This document shows, piece by piece, positions 43,507 to 52,659 of a stretch of DNA of 64,000 nucleotides. Every line of letters begins with the position of its first letter. Position 1 is the first letter of the stretch. The notes beneath the pieces are model-generated. The model did no database searches and was not told where the DNA came from. It was given only the letters and a program-made list of their open reading frames with translations. This stretch comes from an uncultured Clostridia bacterium. Its GTDB lineage: Bacteria; Bacillota; Clostridia; Christensenellales; Borkfalkiaceae. Location of the stretch: positions 6,657-70,656 of the forward strand of contig CAMWME010000007.1 of the NCBI GenBank assembly GCA_947175325.1, read 5' to 3'. A program made the translations under genes and the position numbers.

Positions 43507-44804
43507 GAATGTTCGATATAATTAAAAAGAAGCGCGACGGCGGTGAGCTCAGCACCGAAGAAATAAAGTTCTTCATCGACGGTGTCACGAACGGGACTAT
43601 TCCCGACTATCAAACGTCTGCGCTCTGTATGGCAATTTACTTCCGCGGTATGAGCGTGCGCGAAACGTGCGACTTGACCTTTGCCGTGCGCGATTCGGGC
43701 GATAGGTTGAACTTTTCGGCAATCGACGGAATACGCGTTGATAAACACTCCACGGGCGGCGTTGGCGACAAAACGAGTTTAGTCGTTGCGCCCATCGTTG
43801 CTTCGTTCGGCGTAAAAGTTGCCAAAATGAGCGGTAGGGGCTTAGGACACACGGGCGGCACCATCGACAAGTTGGAGGCTATCGAAGGCTTCAATACCAC
43901 CCTTTCGGATGCGGACTTTATAAAGCAAGTCAACGACATCGGTTTTGCAATAGTGGGGCAGAGTAGGCAGTTTGCTCCCGCCGATAAAAAGCTTTACGCT
44001 CTTCGCGACGTTACGGCAACCGTAGACAGTATGCCGCTTATCGCCGCAAGCATTATGGGTAAAAAGCTTGCCGCGGACGACGACTGCATCGTTCTTGACG
44101 TTAAAACTGGTAGCGGCTCCTTTATGAAAAGCATAGAGGACAGCAAAAAGCTTGCTCGGCTTATGGTCGATATCGGCAAGAACGCGGGTAAAAAGATAGT
44201 TGCTCTCATAACCAATATGGACAGACCTTTGGGCTACGCTATCGGCAACTCGCTCGAAGTTATCGAGGCGGTTGAAACTTTGAACGGACGCGGCCCCGAA
44301 GATTTTACCGAAGTATGCTTAACGCTTGCGGGCTACATGCTTTCGCTTGCGGGCAAGGGCAGCGTAGACGAGTGTAGGGAAATGGCTAAGGGCGCAATCT
44401 CAGACGGAAGCGCACTTGCAAAGTTCAGACAAACCGTTGCGGCGCAAGGCGGCAACGCAGCGCTCATAGACAACCCCGCAAAGTTTGCAAAGGCAAAATA
44501 TTCGCACGTGGTAAAAAGTGCAACGCGCGGCTACATCTGCAAGGTCGATACCGAAGCCTACGGGCTTGCAAGTCTTGCTCTCGGCGCGGGCCGCAACACT
44601 ATGGAAGATAAAATTGATTACAGCGCGGGTATTATCTTAAAACGCAAGACGGGTGATTTCGTCGACGCGGGTGAAGAAATCGCAACGCTGTACGCAAACG
44701 ATAAAACAAAGTTCGCCGCGGCTGAAAAGTTACTGCTTGCGGCAACGCAACTACAAGAGAAAAAACCGCAGAACGAGCCCCTCGTTTACTGCACGGTAGA
44801 GTAA
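43503..44804 (+). CDS. pdp: Pyrimidine-nucleoside (thymidine) phosphorylase
   Basis: IIKKKRDGGELS..EI.FFI.G..NG.IPDYQ.SA..MAI and DKHSTGGVGD motifs. Confidence 0.93.
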   Translation: MRMFDIIKKKRDGGELSTEEIKFFIDGVTNGTIPDYQTSALCMAIYFRGMSVRETCDLTFAVRDSGDRLNFSAIDGIRVDKHSTGGVGDKTSLVVAPIVASFGVKVAKMSGRGLGHTGGTIDKLEAIEGFNTTLSDADFIKQVNDIGFAIVGQSRQFAPADKKLYALRDVTATVDSMPLIAASIMGKKLAADDDCIVLDVKTGSGSFMKSIEDSKKLARLMVDIGKNAGKKIVALITNMDRPLGYAIGNSLEVIEAVETLNGRGPEDFTEVCLTLAGYMLSLAGKGSVDECREMAKGAISDGSALAKFRQTVAAQGGNAALIDNPAKFAKAKYSHVVKSATRGYICKVDTEAYGLASLALGAGRNTMEDKIDYSAGIILKRKTGDFVDAGEEIATLYANDKTKFAAAEKLLLAATQLQEKKPQNEPLVYCTVE

Positions 44805-44805
44805 T

Positions 44806-45387
44806 ATGGCAAAACTGTACTTTAAGTTCGGCGCAATGGGCTGTTCAAAAACGGCGCAAGCGCTCATAACAAAATTTAACTACGAAGAAAACGGCATTAA
44901 GGTCTTGCTTTTAAAGCCCGCTATCGACAACCGCGACGGCGCAAAAATCGTCAAATCGCGCATCGGGCTTCAAAACGAGGCGGTTCCCGTCAGTGAAAAC
45001 GAGAATATCTGCGAAACCTACGAAAAGCACTATTCGGACTGTAAAGTTATAATAGTGGACGAATGTCAGTTCCTTTCGCCCGAACAAGTAGACCAGCTTG
45101 CCGATATAGTAATAACGAAGGATATTCCCGTGCTGTGCTTCGGGCTCAGCACCGACTTTACGACGCACTTATTCCCCGGCAGCAAACGGCTGTTTGAAAT
45201 TGCCGAGTCTATAAAAGAAATCAAATCCGTCTGCACTTGCGGTGCAAAGGCGACGGTGAACGCCCGTCTGGACGAAAACGGAAAAATCGTTACCGAAGGC
45301 TCGCAAGTGTGCCTCGGCGGTAACGAAAGATATATAGCTATGTGTAGAAGGTGCTGGCTTAAAAGGCTTGCGCTTGAACGTAAATAA
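44806..45387 (+). CDS. tdk: Thymidine kinase
   Basis: P-loop FGAMGCSKT, VDECQF, and zinc-ribbon cysteines (C.CG...C..C). Confidence 0.9.
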   Translation: MAKLYFKFGAMGCSKTAQALITKFNYEENGIKVLLLKPAIDNRDGAKIVKSRIGLQNEAVPVSENENICETYEKHYSDCKVIIVDECQFLSPEQVDQLADIVITKDIPVLCFGLSTDFTTHLFPGSKRLFEIAESIKEIKSVCTCGAKATVNARLDENGKIVTEGSQVCLGGNERYIAMCRRCWLKRLALERK

Positions 45388-45404
45388 CGAAGAGGTTAAT
45401 CTTT

Positions 45405-47579
45405 ATGCAAAAGATTTTTAAAAGCATTCTATCCTTCTGTTTAGCGGTTGCGGTGTGCGTAAGCACGGCGGCGGTTTTGGGCGTGACACAACATTCCGTT
45501 GCGGACGCGGCTACGGTTGATACTTATTACAGCAAAATTACCGCGTCGGGCGGCACTCAGCTTTTGGGTCAGCTTCACGATTTGATAGTCGAAACCCATA
45601 AAACGTACACCTCGTACGACGACTGTAAAAAATACGGGCCGACTACCGACCCCGCGCTCGACGGCACGAGTGGCGCCGTAATGGAATTCTACACGCACGA
45701 AACCATTAAAAAGTTCGTTGGCGGCGTCGGCGACTGGAACAGAGAACACGTCTGGTGCCAAAGCCTTTCAAACGGCTTGTGGGGACAAGGCGGCGGCGGC
45801 AGCGATTTGCACCATATCAGACCATCGGAAAGCGGGCTTAACAGTACTCGCGGAAACTGCAAGTACGGATATGCAAAAGATACCGGCAAAGAGGCGTGGT
45901 CGCGCGATAACAGTAAAAACGATTCTAAACTCGGCGGTTGGTATATAGGCACCAGCATTTTTGAGCCTTTGGATAACGTCAAGGGCGACGCTGCAAGAAT
46001 AGTAATGTACGTCTATACCCATTACAACAACGCTTCAAACGTCGGCGGCACCAAGGAATCCGCAAAAACTCACGGCAATCTTAATTTCACCAACGTAATT
46101 TCCGCAAGCAACGAGGCGGCGGCAATAAAAATGCTTTTGGAATGGAACAAATTAGACCCCGTCGATGAAATCGAACTTTACAGAAACGAGGCCGTTTATA
46201 AAATCCAAGGCAACAGAAACCCTTTCATTGACAATTCAAGTTACGCAGACGCTATTTGGGGCGGCGGCACAGTAGTTGACCCTCCGACTCCCGGCCCCGG
46301 CCCGACCCCCGGACCTTCGGACACCTTGCAGAGTATTCGCCTCAATGCAACTTCGCTTAATTTGGCGATAAACGATACTTACAATCTTACCGTTACGCCA
46401 ACCCCCAGCAACGCATCGGCAAGCGCAACTTGGTCTACGTCAGATTCTTCGGTTGCTACGGTATCTAACGGCAAGATTACCGCAAAGGCTGCGGGAACGG
46501 CTACGATTACCGCAACGAGTACGGCTAATACTTCCATAAAAGCTACGGCAACCGTTACGGTTAGACAAACGTCGTCTTCCACGGTAACGAGCGGCAAAAC
46601 TATTATAAATAGAGACAGCTTTACCAATGCGTCTAGCGGATACGCTTTCCAGACTTGGAAGGCGAAGAGCGGTGTAGAGGGAACTGCATTCATTTACGGC
46701 GGTAAAGAAGAAAGTATGCAGTTCAATATTAAGCAAAAAAGCCATTACTTAGCAAGCACTACTACGCTTGGAACGATAAAGTCGATAACGGTTAAAGCCG
46801 CCGCGGGTAATAGCGAGGACAGACCTTGGCAGCTTTTGACTTCAACCACTGCTTACGGAACGATGGAAAATAGCAATCCTTCGGACGGTAAAGACCGCGG
46901 CACTAAGACGGTAACCGAGAGCGGTGTAACTTGGAGTATTGACGGAAACGATACTTACTTTGCTTTGATATACGCATTAGACGCTACGTCGGGTGCGGCT
47001 TATTTGGACAGCATAGAGGTGGAGTACGCGTCGGGCGGTTCTTCGGGGGACACTGACAAGCTTGAAGAGCTTTTAATAAATCCCTCGGAGTTTGAGCTGC
47101 AAGCGGGCGACAGCACTAAGCTCACCGTATCAGCCATTCCTTCAACCGCAAGCGCGGCAGTTACTTGGACTTCGTCCAATCCCTCGGTTGCAACCGTCTC
47201 TGAGGACGGCACGGTAACTGCACATAAAGCGGGTACCGCAACTATCACGGCAACCAGCACCGTCAACTCCGCAATCACTGCAACCGCAACGGTTACGGTA
47301 ACGGAGGAGGCATTCGTGTCCGGCAGCACCAATGCTACCGCCTTCCACAACGCAGTAGCGGCTATCAACGACGGCACGCTTGCCGAATGGCACGCCACGA
47401 TTAGCGCGGCAGTCAAAGCATACAAAGCCTTGTCCGCCTCGGATAAAACGGAAGTGTCTTCCGACGTCGAAAAATTGAATTCGGCAATTTCAAACTATAA
47501 CGATACTGTAAAAGCGTATAACGGAGCGGCGGACGACGCCGACAAACCCGCATTGAGCGGCGCCTCAAGATTGATTTAA
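45405..47579 (+). CDS. Secreted endonuclease I / Bsn-type extracellular nuclease with two Big_2-like Ig domains and a C-terminal helical tail
   Basis: Sec signal peptide. NREHVWCQS, DLHHIRPSE..LNSTRGN and GNRNPFID motifs of the endonuclease I family. PPTPGPGPTPGP linker. Two repeats ending AGTATITATST....ATATVTV. Confidence 0.8.
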   Translation: MQKIFKSILSFCLAVAVCVSTAAVLGVTQHSVADAATVDTYYSKITASGGTQLLGQLHDLIVETHKTYTSYDDCKKYGPTTDPALDGTSGAVMEFYTHETIKKFVGGVGDWNREHVWCQSLSNGLWGQGGGGSDLHHIRPSESGLNSTRGNCKYGYAKDTGKEAWSRDNSKNDSKLGGWYIGTSIFEPLDNVKGDAARIVMYVYTHYNNASNVGGTKESAKTHGNLNFTNVISASNEAAAIKMLLEWNKLDPVDEIELYRNEAVYKIQGNRNPFIDNSSYADAIWGGGTVVDPPTPGPGPTPGPSDTLQSIRLNATSLNLAINDTYNLTVTPTPSNASASATWSTSDSSVATVSNGKITAKAAGTATITATSTANTSIKATATVTVRQTSSSTVTSGKTIINRDSFTNASSGYAFQTWKAKSGVEGTAFIYGGKEESMQFNIKQKSHYLASTTTLGTIKSITVKAAAGNSEDRPWQLLTSTTAYGTMENSNPSDGKDRGTKTVTESGVTWSIDGNDTYFALIYALDATSGAAYLDSIEVEYASGGSSGDTDKLEELLINPSEFELQAGDSTKLTVSAIPSTASAAVTWTSSNPSVATVSEDGTVTAHKAGTATITATSTVNSAITATATVTVTEEAFVSGSTNATAFHNAVAAINDGTLAEWHATISAAVKAYKALSASDKTEVSSDVEKLNSAISNYNDTVKAYNGAADDADKPALSGASRLI

Positions 47580-47598
47580 CGAAGGAGCGTAAGCTAAT

Positions 47599-48189
47599 AT
47601 GAAAGTACGTAAATTTATCCCCGTTATTTTGGCGGGTTGCGCTGCGGCGGCAATTTTCGGCGGATGTACTACCGACGAAAGCACGAGCTACGACGAGCTT
47701 AACGCAAAGCTCGACCTCGAATATTCTCAAATCGTTTTAACGGTAACCAACACGTACGACGAAAACTCCGTCCTCACCGACAAATACACGATTAAGCACG
47801 TTGAAGGCGTCGTGACGGTAAATTACAGCATAGAAAGGTTTGCCGAGGTGTCTCTCGATTCCGCTACCGACGAAAAGACCACGATTGTGGGCGAAGCGGT
47901 AGTTATGGGTGAAAACGTTATCTATATTGACGGAAAGGAGGCGCCCCTTGACGCACTTGCCGCGGGCACGGGGCTTAGCTTTAAACAAGAGTACTTTGTA
48001 AACGCTACGTTGGCGGGCGGTTCCTTGAATGCGGACGTCAGCAACCCCAGCGGTTTCATGGGCGTGTTGCTCAACGGCACCAGTATGAAGGTAAGCGCGA
48101 CCTTCGGCGACGCTTTTAACGATATCAAAATAACCTATAATGCGAAGGACGGACATCAAGTAGAGTACTTATACGCGTTCACAGTCTAA
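47599..48189 (+). CDS. Small lipoprotein, unknown function
   Basis: Lipobox IFGG-C. Beta-rich, 196 aa. I recognise no family. Confidence 0.5.
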   Translation: MKVRKFIPVILAGCAAAAIFGGCTTDESTSYDELNAKLDLEYSQIVLTVTNTYDENSVLTDKYTIKHVEGVVTVNYSIERFAEVSLDSATDEKTTIVGEAVVMGENVIYIDGKEAPLDALAAGTGLSFKQEYFVNATLAGGSLNADVSNPSGFMGVLLNGTSMKVSATFGDAFNDIKITYNAKDGHQVEYLYAFTV

Positions 48190-48256
48190 GTAACGCGCGC
48201 TTGTTAATAAGCTGTTAATAAATATATTTTTACTTATATATTTTTTCTTCAAATCG

Positions 48257-48285
48257 TTGATTTCTTGATTTAAATAAGTTATAAT
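48257..48285 (+). promoter_or_regulatory. SigA-type promoter upstream of the RDD gene
   Basis: TTGATT, 17-nt spacer, TATAAT. Confidence 0.5.
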
Positions 48286-48339
48286 ACAATATGTAGTAGT
48301 AAAATTATAGGCAAATAGCACAATAGAGGAGCGCAAGGG

Positions 48340-49191
48340 ATGTTTGAACTGAGGAAAATCGGTATCATTAAAAGACTTTCCGCTCTATTGCTTGACTTGG
48401 TGTTGCTTGCGGTTTTGACTACCGGCTTCATGTATATTATCTCGCTCATATGCAATTACAGCCACGAGGAGGCGCTTGCAAACAGTTACTATACCGAGCG
48501 GGAAGATTTCCGCAAAGAGTATATGAGCGGCGTTGCAAATTATTACGGCTTTACCTATGAGGGAAACGGCGATACTTACGTTATAACGAAAGACGGTGAA
48601 GCGTCCTCTGCAAACGCGGTTATGGAAAAGCTTGATGCCTCGAAAGGCAACGACGCCGAAACCGCCGAGGCCTATCAAGCTTATTTGTCGCTCACTCCCG
48701 GGGCAAAGGTTGACGCCCAGTATAATTACGTGCACGCACTTCTTTTCATGATGGTATCCGTGGGGATTTTGCTTGCATACTTGATATTGGAATTTATCCT
48801 TCCGATAATTTTCAAAAACGGGCAGACGGTTGGCAAAAAGATTTTCGGAATTTGCCTCGTCCGTCCGAACTGTGTAAAAATGAGCACCTTTGCGCTCCTT
48901 GCAAGAACGCTTATCGGCAAATACGCCATAGAAACTATGTTTCCCGTACTGCTGATAATCGGGTTTTTATACTACGGAATGGGTATACTGTCTATCATCT
49001 TGTTGGCTGCAATCTTGTTGCTTGATATAATTCTTTTCTTTGCAACGAAGAATAGGACGCCCATTCACGATATTTTCGCTTATACCGTAGCGGTTGACGC
49101 TAAGCTTCAAGTTATTTTCCAATCGGAAGAAGAACTGATAGAAAAAAAGACGCTTCAACATAAAGAGGAAGTAGAGAGCGCGAAAAATTGA
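48340..49191 (+). CDS. RDD-family membrane protein
   Basis: The N-terminal KRLSALLLDLVL helix, the ...GQTVGKKIFGICLV... motif and the TM layout are typical of RDD-domain proteins. An insertion of about 90 aa sits between TM1 and TM2. Confidence 0.6.
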   Translation: MFELRKIGIIKRLSALLLDLVLLAVLTTGFMYIISLICNYSHEEALANSYYTEREDFRKEYMSGVANYYGFTYEGNGDTYVITKDGEASSANAVMEKLDASKGNDAETAEAYQAYLSLTPGAKVDAQYNYVHALLFMMVSVGILLAYLILEFILPIIFKNGQTVGKKIFGICLVRPNCVKMSTFALLARTLIGKYAIETMFPVLLIIGFLYYGMGILSIILLAAILLLDIILFFATKNRTPIHDIFAYTVAVDAKLQVIFQSEEELIEKKTLQHKEEVESAKN

Positions 49192-49289
49192 CGGCTTGCG
49201 CGGCAAGCATAAAAAACTAAATCCAGCACTAATGTAGGTTTACCGTTTTCGGTAAGCATATCATTAAATAAATTAGGTACAGAAGAAAT

Positions 49290-50702
49290 ATGAAAGTTGT
49301 ATTGCAAAACATCACCAAAATCTTCCCTAGCCGTAATAAGAAGGAAAAAGACGAAGTTATCGCCGTAAACGATTTCAACCTTGAAATCCCGGACGGCAAG
49401 CTCGTCTGTCTTTTGGGACCCTCCGGTTGCGGCAAAAGTACCACGCTTTATATGATAAGCGGGTTGCAGGAACCATCAAGCGGTAAAATCTTCTTCGGTG
49501 AAGACGACGTTACCAAGCTTTCGCCCGAGAATAGGGGCATCGGTCTCGTGTTCCAAAATTATGCGCTTTATCCGCATATGACCGTACAACAGAATATTTT
49601 ATTCCCTTTACAAAATTTAAAGGGTGAAAACAGGCTCTCTAAAGAGGAGATGTTACAACGCACTGCCGAAGTTGCAAAGCTCGTGCAAATTGACGAGTAT
49701 TTGAACCGTAAGCCGTCCGAGCTTTCAGGTGGTCAGCAGCAGCGTGTCGCAATTGCCCGTGCACTTGTCAAAATGCCGCGCGTTCTTCTCTTGGATGAGC
49801 CTCTTTCTAATCTTGACGCCCGTTTAAGATTACAGACCCGCGAAGAAATCAGAAGAATTCAGAGAAATACTCACATTACGACGATTTTCGTAACGCACGA
49901 CCAAGAAGAGGCGATGTCTATTTCAGACTATATCGTCATTATGAAGCTGGGCGTAATAATGCAGACGGGCAAACCCCAAAACGTTTACGACGACCCAGCA
50001 AACTTGTTCGTTGCAAAATTCCTCGGCGCGCCTCCCATCAACGTTCTTTCGGGTAAGGTTGAAAACGGTAAGCTGTACGTCGGTGAAGAGCAAGTGTTGG
50101 ACGTGAAAGGCGTAGAGGACCAAGAGGTTTACGTCGGTATCCGTCCCGAAGGTTTCATGCTTGACAAGGCCGGTAAACTCACTTGCAAAGTGTCGGGCGT
50201 CGACGTCATGGGCAGAGATATCAGCGTCGTATCAACGAGCGAATGCTCTTTAAATCCCGTTATCCGTTCCATCATTTCGGCTGACGAAATGTGCAACCTT
50301 TCGGGCGACATTGCAAAATTCAACTTAAAAGAACACAAAGTCCTCCTTTTCAATAAAGAAACGGAAGAGCGCGTATACTTCGGCAAGCAGCTTGCGGTCC
50401 ATCAGAAGATACTTGAAGAGATGGAGGCAGAAGGTCAGACGTACGTAACCCACGACGGTCCCCTTCCCAGAGAAGCCGACGATAAGGTTAAAGAGGCAGT
50501 CATTCCCGAACCTCCCAAGAACGTATTCGTAAGAGCTTTCAACGCAGTTAAAAACTTCTTTATCAAAGTAGGAAACTTCTTCAAAAATCTTTTCGCCAAG
50601 TTATCCAAAAAGAAGGATGGCGAAACGGCAGAAAATCCCGAAAAGGTTGAAGACGCTCCCGAAACCAAAGAGGAAGTGCACGGCGAAGAAAACGAGGGTT
50701 AA
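49290..50702 (+). CDS. ABC transporter ATP-binding protein, MalK/UgpC/MsmX type, with a C-terminal extension of about 100 aa
   Basis: Walker A GPSGCGKST, Q-loop, LSGGQQQRVAIARAL, LLDEPLSNLD, and a TOBE-like regulatory domain. The extension starts at about 50403 and contains an amphipathic helix (50517-50615) and an acidic tail. Confidence 0.88.
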   Translation: MKVVLQNITKIFPSRNKKEKDEVIAVNDFNLEIPDGKLVCLLGPSGCGKSTTLYMISGLQEPSSGKIFFGEDDVTKLSPENRGIGLVFQNYALYPHMTVQQNILFPLQNLKGENRLSKEEMLQRTAEVAKLVQIDEYLNRKPSELSGGQQQRVAIARALVKMPRVLLLDEPLSNLDARLRLQTREEIRRIQRNTHITTIFVTHDQEEAMSISDYIVIMKLGVIMQTGKPQNVYDDPANLFVAKFLGAPPINVLSGKVENGKLYVGEEQVLDVKGVEDQEVYVGIRPEGFMLDKAGKLTCKVSGVDVMGRDISVVSTSECSLNPVIRSIISADEMCNLSGDIAKFNLKEHKVLLFNKETEERVYFGKQLAVHQKILEEMEAEGQTYVTHDGPLPREADDKVKEAVIPEPPKNVFVRAFNAVKNFFIKVGNFFKNLFAKLSKKKDGETAENPEKVEDAPETKEEVHGEENEG

Positions 50703-50705
50703 AGA

Positions 50706-51635
50706 ATGAAAAAGAAGAATCAGTGGAAAGCGTGGTTATATCTGTTGCCGACGTTGCTTATAATTGCGGTATTCACGGTATGGCCTATAATCAACACGAT
50801 TAGAATGTCGCTTCTGAAAAACTACGATAGCTTGAGAGAAATCGGCGGCGCAAGCTTCGAGTTCGGCTTTGCAAACTTCGTAAGCGTAGCAAAGTATAAA
50901 GGCTTTTTGAATTGTTTGGGAAATACGATGATTCTTTGCGTAGTAACGGTGCCCATTTCAACCATGCTCGCATTAGTTATCGCCGTAGCGCTCAATTCGA
51001 TTAAGTTCGTAAGAAAAACTTTGCAGACGATATTCTTCTTGCCCTACGTAACCAACTCCATAGCAATCGGTATGGTATTCATGGCTATGTTCACCATGAT
51101 AGGTTACGCTCCCGGTCACGAACCCGCGTCGGTAGGTATAATAAACAGTATTATCGAAGCGTTCGGCGGAACAAGAATCAACTGGGTTAACGCCGGTTCC
51201 GGAAAACTCGAAAATATGGTCGTTCTGGTCATATACATAGTCTGGAACGCGTTACCGTTTAAGATACTGGTACTTTTAGGCGGACTTCAAAGCGTCAACA
51301 AGCAGTACTACGACGCTGCAAAGGTCGACGGAACGTCCCGTTTCCGCACCTTCTGGCGCATAACCGTGCCTCTCTTGTCACCGATGATAGCGTACGTAGT
51401 AATCACGGGCTTTATCGGCGGATTTAAAGAGTATTCAAGCATAGTAGGTATATTCGGCGACGGTATGGGTCCTGCGGGTGCCGCGGGCAGTTTGAATACG
51501 ATGGTCGGGTTCATTTACGATAATTTGGACACGAACCAAGGCCGCGCGAGTGCGGCGGCACTAATTCTGTTTGTAATCATATTTGTCGTAACCATGATAA
51601 ATATGTGGGTAAGTAAAAAGAAGGTTCATTATTAA
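50706..51635 (+). CDS. Carbohydrate-type (CUT1) ABC transporter permease
   Basis: 6 TM helices and an EAA-like loop AAKVDGTSRFRTFWRITVPLL. Confidence 0.85.
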   Translation: MKKKNQWKAWLYLLPTLLIIAVFTVWPIINTIRMSLLKNYDSLREIGGASFEFGFANFVSVAKYKGFLNCLGNTMILCVVTVPISTMLALVIAVALNSIKFVRKTLQTIFFLPYVTNSIAIGMVFMAMFTMIGYAPGHEPASVGIINSIIEAFGGTRINWVNAGSGKLENMVVLVIYIVWNALPFKILVLLGGLQSVNKQYYDAAKVDGTSRFRTFWRITVPLLSPMIAYVVITGFIGGFKEYSSIVGIFGDGMGPAGAAGSLNTMVGFIYDNLDTNQGRASAAALILFVIIFVVTMINMWVSKKKVHY

Positions 51636-51645
51636 GAGGTGGTTT

Positions 51646-52599
51646 ATGACGGATAATATCAACGAAAAAGAAATCGCCCCCGAATCCCAAGAGGGTATTG
51701 CAACCGAATCCAAAGTAATGAAGAAGAGGGACGTCGATAAGGTCTCCAAAAAGCAAGTTGCCGTCAAGGTTCTCGTGCAGATAGGTTTGTACACGTTCCT
51801 CGTCATAATGGCGCTTATCGTTCTGTTCCCTTTCTACTGGATGATTATATCCTCGTTAAAGTCGCTCGAAGAGTACAACGCAGCCGTTCCCACGCTTTGG
51901 CCCCAACAGTTCAAATGGTCAAACTACTCGGCGGCGTTCGATGCAGACGGACTTAACCTCGGCAGACTGTTTTTGAATACGTGTATAGTAGGTATAGTTT
52001 CAACGCTTCTTTCACTCGTGGTTACGGTGCTTGCCGCTTATGCGTTTGCAAGGCTTGAATTCAAGGGCAAAAATATCATGTTTGCGGCTTTGCTTGCAAC
52101 CATGATGATACCCGGCGAACTGTTCACCATAACCAACTACTTAACCGTTTCGGCTTTCCAATGGAAGAATACCTTCACCGTACTAATCGTACCTTTCCTT
52201 GTAAGCGTATTCTACATATACCTTTTAAGGCAGAATTTCTTGCAAATTCCCAACGAGCTGTATCTTGCGGCAAAGGTGGACGGCACGAGCGACTTAAAGT
52301 ATCTATGGAAGGTAATGATACCGCTTTCGGCGCCGACGCTCATTTCCATCACGATTTTGAAGATGATGGGCGCATGGAACTCATACATCTGGCCCCGTTT
52401 GGTTGCAAACGATATGGCACACCGGCTTATAACCGTCGGACTACGAGGTGCAACGTTCACCGACCCTCTAACCAACATGACGGACTATCCCGCACAGATG
52501 GCGGCGGTAGTTATAGTAACTATTCCTCTGTTGCTCGTGTTCTTGTTCTTCCGTAAATACATTATGCGCGGCGTATCGAGAAGCGGCATCAAAGGATAA
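51646..52599 (+). CDS. Carbohydrate-type (CUT1) ABC transporter permease
   Basis: EAA-like loop AAKVDGTSDLKYLWKVMIPL. N-terminal cytoplasmic extension of about 45 aa. Confidence 0.85.
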   Translation: MTDNINEKEIAPESQEGIATESKVMKKRDVDKVSKKQVAVKVLVQIGLYTFLVIMALIVLFPFYWMIISSLKSLEEYNAAVPTLWPQQFKWSNYSAAFDADGLNLGRLFLNTCIVGIVSTLLSLVVTVLAAYAFARLEFKGKNIMFAALLATMMIPGELFTITNYLTVSAFQWKNTFTVLIVPFLVSVFYIYLLRQNFLQIPNELYLAAKVDGTSDLKYLWKVMIPLSAPTLISITILKMMGAWNSYIWPRLVANDMAHRLITVGLRGATFTDPLTNMTDYPAQMAAVVIVTIPLLLVFLFFRKYIMRGVSRSGIKG

Positions 52600-52659
52600 A
52601 ACAATTTAAGGTTTCAATTTAACATCATATATAAATAAAAATAAAAAAGGAGAAACAAC